Below, piece after piece: positions 13,352 through 23,920 of a DNA stretch of 64,000 bases. The DNA lies in the NCBI GenBank assembly GCA_976226885.1, contig OZ320316.1:63860001-63924000 (forward strand). Reading direction: 5' to 3'. Source of the DNA: Iphione sp. A-MEVVRFRX5 (lineage: Eukaryota). Below the pieces are notes generated by a model. The model ran no database searches. It had not been told where the DNA came from and saw only the letters and a list, made by a program, of their open reading frames with translations. A program made the position numbers and the translations under genes. Positions within the stretch are counted from its first letter, which is position 1, and the number at the start of each line of letters is the position of its first letter.

Positions 13352-16300
13352 TTATGGTGAGCCATAAATATGCGGACACCGTGTCATGCACATCTGCCCA
13401 GGGTTTTGAAATTGTAATTATGACAGCTTTAATCCTAATGAGTGTCCAATATCCATTTGCAATATTCTAAAACAAAAATCACTTTGCAGAAATATCTATC
13501 ACACTAACATGCGATATAACGGTCTATTAGCTTTGTTATATCTTTGCCAAGGAAAGAGCTCTAGCATAGTGCATAAAATCCAAAATACCAATTACGATAA
13601 TAATTTGCACTGGTAGGCCAGGATAAATATATTATGTACGGCATAACTCAATACACGCTCTTGAAAATAAAGGAGGATGCAGCTAGTGGGGACACTGTCA
13701 CATTTCATTTGCTAGAAACGTACTGACGCTTAGCTGAAACAAATGAAACCTTAGTGACAAATTAATGCACTGGCGAGCGGTCTGTTATTGAGGATTATAT
13801 CACACTTATAATCATTGACGGGATCGATTTCTCTAAACTCGTACTTGTTTAACTGTTACTGTAAGAAACGGGAAGAACTTCTATGCTCAGAAAATATAAG
13901 TTGCCATGTCCACACAAAGGTACGACTACAGTACAACTAGCCACGTCCCTTAACACACAAACCCGCGCGCACACACACATTCACAAGCATGCACACACAT
14001 ACCACACACTCGACATAAGATGAGGTCTGCCCAGTGTCTCGGCGCCGATTAGTTACAGTGGCAGGGCTGTAGTATTCACCATCCCGATAGAGGAGCTCGG
14101 CAATGATATGCAAGCTACCTCGTCATGAAAGCATCTACTTCTTGCTCGAGCTTCTAACCGAAAAAGGGCCATTTCATGTTATGTGTCACTCATGCTAAAA
14201 GGCAAGGCACGAAGCACGCCTCTGTAAAGACAGTCAGTAGGTGGACCAAGGAAAGTGGCAGGGCGAAAGCCATCATGAAGTATGCACGAAGGCTATCTAA
14301 ATGCGCGGCTTCAGCACGGAGCGGGTCACCTGGGAGGCCAGAGCCACAATGAAGGCCACCTCCGACAGGTTACTGAAAGCAGATGTAGGTGGACAGAATA
14401 GACATAGGTGTGTAAGTCACATATGAGTGGGCAGACAGGGTAAAGGTCCATGCCTAAGGGAGGGAAAGAAGGGCTGGTTGGTGTGTATGTAAATACGGCA
14501 GATCGTAGGTGGAGCAAGTAGAATAAACTACGACAAGGCTTCAGGGTGCTGGTGCTTAGCTGTAAATACAGAAGGGGCGAGGCGGCAGGAGTCAACATCC
14601 TGGGTAGTGTATGCGTCTGTGTGGGGTGGACCGTACTAACTTCACTGCATAGTGGGTCTGTGTTTAGGGTGGGCCCATTTGTTAATTCGAGCCGTCCTCT
14701 AACTCTGTCCCATATAAACTAAAGAAACATTACAATAGCTTTGTGGCAGGATCATGTTTGTGCTCATTATAGGACACAATCCAACGTTTGAACGATGTCG
14801 ATCGCCGTAACATCGAAAGAGGAAAGTCACTCTATATTGCTTTCGCGTGATTGGAAACTTTCCGTATACTACTTGCGTCCGCCCCGAGGGCGACATCCAA
14901 ACACGGTAAGACAGTACATGTCCTGTCTACTTCCCTCTAAACGTTGACAAATAGTTAGCGCTGTAATACATGATTAAATGCTACGTGTGCAGCGTTTAAA
15001 GGTTAATATGTGCATATGTGTCTTATAGTCCGAAGGCATCCATAATTTGTGCTAACAAAGCACGTGCAGTTATACGTCACGGCAGTTCCTACAGATACAA
15101 TTCTCTCTACACGTTGCTAATGCGGAAAAATGCTTGAAAGATGGACTAGGTGGATTCTGATTCATTACATGTGCTGTTACATAACATCTTTCCCTATTCT
15201 CCTCAATCGGGATGATTAGTGGAAGAAATGGCGGCGTGGAAGCTAATGGCCGGAATCGATTCGGTACAATACGGACCAACGATTCGCAGTTTCCCTTTTG
15301 AGTAAAGGGAAGGTTTATTAGTAGAAATCGGACGTGCATGGTGACTTCAGCTACTCGACGTCCATTAAACCAAAATACGGCGGTTTTAACGTAAGGGACA
15401 GATCAAAACATATATATATATGAGTTATAATACACACTGAATATCAGGATGAAGTATTGACATATCAGAATGAAAGTAGCCATATTTATCAGGACGAATT
15501 ATTCTATTTCATAATGAAGGCATTGTATAATAACTCCTAATACCTCATCTGCTGGTTCATATTACATGACTGTGCTATACGTACATACAAATCTATATGT
15601 ACAACTGTATGTTTTTGGGCTGCCGAAGTGATAATTCGTTATACACTATTTAGTGTACATATGCTTTCCAATTCTTCAAGGAGGAAACAGATCCAGTCTC
15701 TACCGGGTAATACCATGCTGACCCATCATCTTTTTATTAATACTGTTGTCTTTGATGTTTAACTTAAACGTTTATCTCATTACATTCTGTTCGCAAACGT
15801 GAACCTCAATCACTATCGACAATCCACACGACGTGGTGTGCAGTAACTAAGAAGATGATCATTCTTTTCTGAATTACAGACCCAAAATATATTAGATCTA
15901 TCTGTATGAAGGAGTTTCACCACTGAAACAGTTGTCTGACCCACTTCAGAAACTAATCGAACTAAATTCAATAATATTGTCTATTTAGGGTTGTTGCCTC
16001 ATTCATTTAAACCAAATCACGTTAAACCAAAAACAGCCCTAAAGACGTTACCTTCGTGACGGTGACGCATGTAACGCAATTTAGTGGTCTTCCCCTGAAG
16101 ACCACAAATATACAAGGCTTACAAATTGCAAACTCTTAGCTGATGAAGAGAACGAACAAAATGTCAGAGAACGAACAAACTGTCAGAGCGTTTTTTGAAA
16201 GGTTATATATGATCAAATTGGAAAAACTGTAACAGTATCATGCTGTCTGTCGATAACTCTTCTAGTATAATTACAAATATGTGTAACTATCGCCATAGGT

Positions 16301-19182
16301 CAACCATATTAAACATATCTATAGTACGACGATAATGAGACGATTCGACGGACAATTTAGGATGACACGAATGTTCTTTGGTGTATCTTAAAAAGGCTTT
16401 ATGAACCACAGAATAATTTCCCCTATTGCTGTACACTTATGACGTTTAAATTGTGAATAACGACCATACAGTGTTCGGTAAATATCGCCCGTAGGGCTGG
16501 TGCATTTATATTACATGTGATTGATAGGTAGAATTTTTAATTGCCCGACGCAGGTCACTAATGATCGAGCAGCTTCCTTCTGCCGACTCCGGTTTCAGAC
16601 CCTTGCCCCTCGTCTTTATTTAATGTATCTTCGGATTAGACCCAGCAGAGGTCCGCCAGGACCTTCATACTGCTGTGGATGCTACAACTTTCCACACTTA
16701 ACAATCGCTCGTTAAATACCGGAGACCCTTAGGGCAAGCCCTTAACATGCATACGAACTCTGGCCGCCTTCTACATAAGGAACCTCCCCGGAGAGCGGCT
16801 ACTACTGCTACTAATGTTACGAATACCGCTGCTGTAGCTGCCGCTGCTGCCGCTGCAGCTATCTGCAAGTGCGAAGGCCCGGCTCGGCGGAGGCAGTGTC
16901 TCAATTCTACCACTGCACCTAATGACGGCAATCTGGGCTCGGCCATCCTTTAGGTAACTAGCAAGTTTCTCTGGCTTGCAGTAATGAGTTGTTTTCCCCC
17001 CACGATAATTATATCGGAGCCGCTCGCTGGACGGTAGCAGTTTCGGAGGGTTGGGGAACCGGGCACATGCACGCCCTCCCACCTCCCACGGGCTACCCAA
17101 GCATCTTCAATATAGGTGCAGCAACACAAGTGGCTTCTCCATCTTGCACTGTCACGTGGAGGCGTCAATGGAAGAGCCTCCCGACTAATCACTCCAGGGT
17201 AAAGAAACCTTAAGGTAATTACTAAGTCTGCTTGGCAATTACCTGTTACATACGGACCCGACAGTCCGTCAGGATCGTTGCTAATCAGGACGCTATGTGA
17301 GTGTAAGAAATGAGCCGTTCCTTTTGTGCCCTCACCACAATGCATCAAATATAGCTCTTTATACGGACGATAGTTGACACTTTCTTGTATTGCTCCGCTT
17401 TTAAGACTTCTCTGCCCAGATTATTTTCGCCCTCCCCCCTTCGCCCCTCTCGGTGGAGAGAGAGAGAGAGAATGCCCCAGCACGGACGCTTTCTTTCAAT
17501 TCGCGACAATCTGCGCGTTGTCTTTCTCTGGCGTACCACCGACGTTCACTTATCGCTTCCTGCTGGTGCCCATTGCTGGCGCATGGCCAGGGGCCCGTTC
17601 ATTGTTTGCTATATGGCAATGGCGAAAGTAAACCTAGCGCGGACTTCACAGAAGGGGTGTGAGAGTCTCGAAACGTGCCTCAGATGTCAGTGTGCCCGTT
17701 GAAGTCAGAAGGCCCTTTTCTTGTTGAAGGAAGCAGCGTGCACAGGCGTGCTGCTGGGAGGAGCAGGCTGGCAATAGTACGCTCAATATCGCTGTGCAGC
17801 GATCGACGGGGCCCGACCTACTCGTATAGTGCAGATTGAGAGATCGACTGCACATATACAGAAAAAGGGACGCTATCTAATGGTTTCTGATAACTATGGT
17901 TGGCGACGCTTAGCGGCTGAATGCAATATACTCTAGTTATTCATCGCACAGTTTCCCATAAACAGCACGGGGTATGTGTTCTATTCTTTTTCATATGGCC
18001 ACAATCTCTTCGTGCGAATACGCTTTACGGAATTCTACATACAAGTAGTCCTTGGTTGCAGTGAGAACTGCCCTCTAACAAAAACACTTAATGCATATCA
18101 GAGGTTTTTGCGGAAGATGATTATGAAGTTGAAGAAAACCTGCTCCTGATAATGAATTTCCATTTTTCATTATTGTTTTATCATTTAAATTCATTTTACG
18201 AAACTGAAGTAGGGAAGGTACCATATTTTTTTGGAGTTTCTATCAGGTTCCCATCTTTAAAGCCCACACCTCCAAAGACACAGCTCACAAAGTATGGCAG
18301 GTCAACGTTGGACTTAATAGACTTCCTTCGAGCCCTTTAAACAGGGCCACCACACCGCGTAGCATGGTATAGGAGAATAGTGTGTACGGCCCAAGCAGCA
18401 AGGTGTACGATATAGAAGGATGAGAGGAAAGGGTGGTGGATAATAGAGCGTCCTTTTTCTATGCACTAATTCGAGGAAAAGTGGATCTATAGAGGCGTGG
18501 CTGATACACTAATAACAGGGCTGGGGATAGGGCCTTAATCTATCTGAAAGGAGTCCATTATATAGTGTCGAAAATACCATGCCCATTATGTCTCGAGATT
18601 TGTATGTCTCTTGGGCTTAATATACAGTGCAAGTAAGGAGCGCTGCGGAGACCTTAACGTTCTGGTTATTTCATCCATAACCTGTGGTTCACCACCTTGA
18701 CAAAAGAAGCTGGTCGAGGGGGAATCAGGTCGGGAGTGGGTTCAATGTGTCGACAGGTAATGACTGTGGAGTACCTAGAGCTGGAACCAACGGCATGTGC
18801 CCACCGTATACTGGGACATTGAGGTGTCACACTGAGGTCCTGACAATTACACCAACCACAAATAAATGTCAGAGGCAAGATACAATTACTTCCGAATATG
18901 AACCCCAGTAAGTTTTTAAAGGCCGTAGTATAGCAAGATAGCCTGCAACAGAAAATGTGTGCACAATTTATCAATTAAAAGGACTGACCCTCATGATATG
19001 TATAAATGTTTATAAAATCTAAGTGGGGCTTTGTAGTTACCAGAGTTATGTAAGGAAAGGTAATGTTTTAGTCTTCATTTCAGATCGAAATGTATAACAG
19101 ATCTTTCGTGATAAAAGGTCAAAACGTACTTCATATACGCCCTTTTCACATTGACATAAAGAATTCTTAAATTAATAAGTGC

Positions 19183-19210
19183 CTGATGAGACATATGTCG
19201 AAATCATGTT
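19183..19210 (+). other. Hammerhead-ribozyme-like core, probably eroded (Penelope-type remnant?)
   Basis: CTGATGA-GACATATGTC-GAAA-TCATGTT: intact catalytic boxes with a G-C-closed stem II, but no pairing stem I. Confidence 0.25.
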
Positions 19211-19658
19211 ATAGAAGTAAATATAAACAATATGCAACTCGCTAAAAACTTATCAGTGTGAGACCTAAAGGAACCCTCACCATAGCAACAAACATGACAG
19301 ATATAAAAGCCAGGGTGTATGCACTTGGCTGGTTACTTGACTCGATAGCACTTCACGGAGCCGATCTTTGCCACGGCTTCACAAATTCATGTGCCTCCTA
19401 AATGCGGCACTATGAAAATAATGAACACTTGATTGGTTTCCTGTTTTCCTTCGTCCTTCACCATTGTCAGTTCTATTAATAATCTAAAGATAGATCCTGT
19501 TGATTAGGTTTTCAAACGGAAATTAAAAACTGCATAATCATCTGCTTCAGATCGAGACCAGCACATCTTCCTCCTAGCTATCCACTAATTAAAGTTAACT
19601 GTAAAACGGTCCACGGCATTCTACAACTGCGACTTCTCGTCAAACTGATATTAGCCGT

Positions 19659-19710
19659 ACTGGGCGCTGTCCAGAGAGATGCTTTAAGAGGCGACCTGTT
19701 TCATCTAAGG
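19659..19710 (+). repeat. 52-bp dispersed repeat, copy 1 (copy 2 at 21767-21818)
   Basis: ACTGGGCGCTGTCCAGAGRGATGCTTTAAGAGGCRACYTGTTTCATCTARGG, 48/52 identical, all differences transitions; looser similarity extends about 20 bp upstream. Confidence 0.85.
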
Positions 19711-20180
19711 TCGTGGCACTCGGCAGGTAATGAAATAGATCTCTACAATCTATAATACAATATTGATCATGTTTTCCTGACAACCGTTTTTAAATGTTTC
19801 CATCTATCAAACCACAACGACAATCGGCAGACGGGCGGGCTACCCTGAAGTTTTGTATCAGAATACACATTTTTCCAGGGGTAGATAGGATTGCGTTTAC
19901 TGAAGAAAGATAACGTCAACGGTGACATATCTTATCAATCATCTACCAGAAGATCTCCAACCGCACAAATATCAAAGGGTAAGCACAGGAAAAGACTGAT
20001 AGATCAAGATTCACTTGGGCTCTTTAAAATGCACCAAGAGGTCTGCGACGAGGCAAATTCTCTTCCTACTACGTAGTATGCAACCTATTTCTCAATGTTC
20101 CAAGAGGGTTTACTTCAGACACGTAGTTGACAACGAAGGCACCACAGATACTAAAAGCGTCAAAACTGTATGAGTGCCGA

Positions 20181-20208
20181 GGGTGGGGGCGGGGGAGGGG
20201 GCGCGGGG
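20181..20208 (+). other. Potential G-quadruplex
   Basis: GGG-T-GGGGG-C-GGGGG-A-GGGGG-CGC-GGGG: five G-runs with short loops. Confidence 0.6.
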
Positions 20209-20999
20209 CTTAATCGAAGGTGGAAACAAGGGTTATCTCCGCATAGCAGTTCACAATAGCACATCTTTCCCGCTGTACGTGCCGGCTGATGGAACCGCTG
20301 CGTGTGGGCATTCCGCTGTTAGAGGGCGCTGAGGTAAGATCCGTTAGAAATGCTCTTCTACTTCACAGACAGCCTCTTGATGTATGGGTGTCGGTCGACT
20401 TGACACGATCTTCTCGATAATAAATGTCTGCGGTGCGTGGGCATGCTGCCTTTTACGTGAGGTCACCTTCCGCTCTGACACAGCGTATCTGACACCAGTC
20501 GTTTGGACTTAATTTTGTTTTTTACATTCGTCCATTTGACAGAGCTTAACTTGCTCAACGGTGGACAGATTCCCAGAATTCGTCGCACCTGATGTGGTAA
20601 ATCCGTGAGAAAAGAGATCGCATATCCAGTCAATTACCCGTGAATGATAGGAAACAGTAATGGGCTGACGTTCATGGCGCACCTGTCGCTGAACTTATTA
20701 ATTTGTCCGTGTCTTCATTAGAGCCAGAGTAATCACGTGTGCGACACACGAGCTGCAACCTGCGGCTAAACAGGTGTCAGTGTCGGGCCTAAGACAAGAA
20801 TTCCAGTTCTGAAATCATCTTCGTTCAATTAGCACACCAGGTCTGATCTGTCCTCTCACATCCGGACCACCTCCGCAGGAAATGAAAGTAAAACCGTGTG
20901 CACCAGGCTGAGGCGTGAAAGAAAGACGGGCTCCTTAGTTTAGACCAACAGAAGTTGAAGTGACTTTTTCCAAGGGCGACCTTTACAAATTTAAACATG

Positions 21000-21600
21000 A
21001 TTTGCTCCAAACTACCATCAGCTGTAGGGGTGACATCCCAATAACACAGCACAGAAATTACCTGTTTCTTTCATAAATCACTTGTGAGTAGGTGTGTGCC
21101 TTAAGACAATAACCAAACGTGGAAGGAGGACCACAACACTGTTATTTTCACTGTATATCAATCTTTAAGTACGAAAGAATATAGATTCAACAATCATCTT
21201 TGGGGAAGGAAGACAATTGAACCCATATAGGTGTTATATGTAAAATGTCAGGGAATATTGTTTTTTTCTTAAAACTATCATTTTAAAACAGGACATGATC
21301 GTACATTTTCCTTCTTACTGACTTTATTTCGTTTATAATCTGTAAAGGCGCGCTTGACGTTATCTTTTGAGACAAGATCGCTTCACTGAAGCGGCTAAGT
21401 GAAGTAGATGTAGAATATAAAGACTGCCTGGGATGTTCCTCGACCTTGTGAAAAAGACGATTCAATATCTCCAGATCAATGATTCGCAATGCCCCATGTA
21501 TTGCCGTACAGTGCAAATATAGTTCAAACGTCCATATAAATTCCCACATCGGGACATCATCTTCCATCTTTTACTTTCTTAAACAAGGATACGAGTAGGG
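21000..21600 (-). mobile_element. Possible heavily eroded non-LTR retrotransposon reverse-transcriptase remnant
   Basis: One minus frame with many stops gives, in RT order, LLVSLFKK, SFSQGRGTSQAVFIF (cf. GFRxGRSTxxAIF), NVKRAF (cf. DxxKAFD) and PQR*LLNLYSF (cf. PQGxxLSPxLF). A frameshifted YAD-like stretch follows near 21020. Spacings are shorter than canonical. Confidence 0.35.
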
Positions 21601-21766
21601 AAAGTACACGTTTTGATGAAAAGGTTCCCAGATGTTCTTTTCTTAAAAATACACCATAGACGTCTAGGTACAAGGTGCCGGATGTTTTCGGTGTGTTTAA
21701 TGATACAAATCTATTTTTTAAATTTTATTTTACCTGCTCAACTTGCTTCAAACTAATACCAGCTCC

Positions 21767-21818
21767 ACTGGGCGCTGTCCAGAGGGATGCTTTAAGAGGC
21801 AACTTGTTTCATCTAGGG
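21767..21818 (+). repeat. 52-bp dispersed repeat, copy 2
   Basis: 48/52 identical to 19659-19710. Confidence 0.85.
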
Positions 21819-21866
21819 CTTATCATATTGTACATGGCAACAGGAGTTCAATTACATTGTGTTGAC

Positions 21867-21896
21867 TACTAACCTTTTACTGTTACATAGGTGAGT
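21867..21896 (+). other. Antisense (plus-strand) 3' splice site immediately followed by a 5' splice site
   Basis: TACTAAC-cttttactgttacatag|GTGAGT; branch A at about -19. No supporting transcript or plus-strand gene is seen. Confidence 0.35.
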
Positions 21897-23836
21897 TCAG
21901 CTTACATGGTGTTTATCACAGGGTCTCTAGATATAGGTAGGACTATGGTGCTATCCGGAAACTAGTAGTAAAGGTCTTGTTACTTCTGTGACGATGTAAG
22001 GGGATGATAAGGCAAGGGTTGATAGAAATATCAGTGATTAGAATATGAAAAAAACTTTCGAGTTATTCGAGGAAGAAAATAATTTCCGGTATCTTTTAGA
22101 CAGATACAGTCGCAAATTTTGTGGGCAGCCATTTTTATTTCACAAACGTTTTGTCACAGTTAAAGGTGTGTTTGAAATATGATCCGCGCATTTTGGGGCA
22201 AGAAACTGTTTTCGTCGCGAATAAAAAAAAATTGTGGAGAGTGCCTGCCACCTACTTGGACACAACTGAATCAGCAGCCTGAGCAATGCACATCTGGGCA
22301 AAGCAATTGTTTTTTTGTACGTGAATAAATTCTTTAGCCACACGGTGGGTAAACAAAATGTATCATATACTGTGGAGAACGGGTTAACTTAACGTATCAA
22401 ATGAATACTACAAAAAAACGCATTAACTTGATGTCAACACATATCACCCAGCTGTAGTGAGTGTGTTGATGTGAGAGGCGTGCCATACAATCGGCCTTAT
22501 CAGTAGTATGTAAGAATGGACCTTAAACCCGGACCGAAAGTTACATGTACCAAGTGGCTTCGTCGGTGGCTTCTATGTCTTCTAGGAGCATGCTGTAGGT
22601 AGGGGCAGCATATCATTGAGCCTATTGCTGAAACCTAAGCTTCCGACTGGCCCTCCGCTTCTACTAGATGCGACCCTAATGAACCCTCTAACTTCATGTC
22701 CTTACCATCAATCATAAGACAAGTATTGCAGCTCCCAACGCTCCCTCCTCAAAAGTATTCCGAAAGTAGCAAGGACGACTTCGAAGCTCAGAATGGTTGA
22801 GTCGGTAATACTGACAGCTCAAAGTTCCTCTGAGGCAATCGCACTACGCAGGATAAGTAGTGGACACTGACAGAAACTCGAGAAACACAGATGGTATGGC
22901 GTATAAGTGGAGGGGGGATAAGGGGGCCTCCACCTCTCAAGACGCACATTACGGGGAGGGCGTACAGAGAGCGAACGAGAGAAGGAGCGACAGCTATCCT
23001 AGAGGACAACATTATCTCATGTCTCGGAATATGTTGCCGGTAGACGAATGGCCCTCCTCACGTGAGCCTGCTCGCTAACATGGTCCGATGCACTGCAAGC
23101 CGCCAAGCCACAGCCTCTGTAAAAGGCCTATCCCCGGAGCTCCCACTGGGGGATAGCAAAGCACACCATAACTGACCGCGGCGGGGAAAACGCCAAATAA
23201 CCCAACTTATCATGCCCACTGCCCGTGTCAAGCAAACGTGGGCCACGTATGTAGCAATTGTGAACGTCGCCCGGCGTGGGCAGCGATTTTCTTTGCAGGC
23301 ATCAATCAGTTAATAATAAGAGCGCGTATATGCTTCAATGGCGGCAGCCTTTATCGACGGCACTCGAACCGTTTTCGGTGGCGGCTGCAGGACGCCTCTT
23401 TCCTGCGGGCCACATCCAGCAATGCCACCAGATGAGCCGCGGTAATTACAGGCGGCGAGGGTGGACCTTGCCAGCCCCAGCTAAGCCGGCTTCTAGGGAC
23501 GAGCCACCGGGCGAGACACTAGCTTTCCAGCAGTGTGCCCGCCAGGCAATGTTCTCATCCAGCTGGTTAGACATGGAGCCTGCCTCCTCTGGATTTGTCG
23601 ACGCCTCTTTGCTACTGGTCAGCGTACGCAGAAAGACAATCTCGACTGTGTATGTGAGCCAGGAGGCCCGGTGGGGATAAAGCGAGGAGACTTATCGAAT
23701 AGGGTGGAGAATTGGACATAATAATAGCAAGCGTGTCGCAAACCATGGCGAACATATCGCTTTAACGTGTCACTACTAATAATCTTATAGATTACCTTGA
23801 TGCCTATTGAATGCAGATGAGTAGACAGTCACATAC

Positions 23837-23920
23837 CTGTTGACTAGTAAAGGATTGTTGGGAGACGAGGTGGAAAGTGCATACATACCTATAAAAAGAA
23901 AAGAAAATCAACTATTAGTA
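23837..23920 (-). other. Candidate recursive splice site with 52-nt RS-exon (23888-23837)
   Basis: Minus strand: TACTAAT (branch A at -27), then agttgattttcttttctttttatag|GTATGTAT, then a 52-nt exon ending ACAG|gtatgt. It is on the Fat sense strand. Confidence 0.6.

Noticed and set aside
16148-16188. 19-bp tandem duplication preceded by CTGATGA
   Set aside because: Simple local slippage; no hammerhead stem II or GAAA.
16747-16953. Poly-Ala ORFs from a GCT/GCC tract
   Set aside because: Low-complexity trinucleotide sequence without exon signals or domain content.
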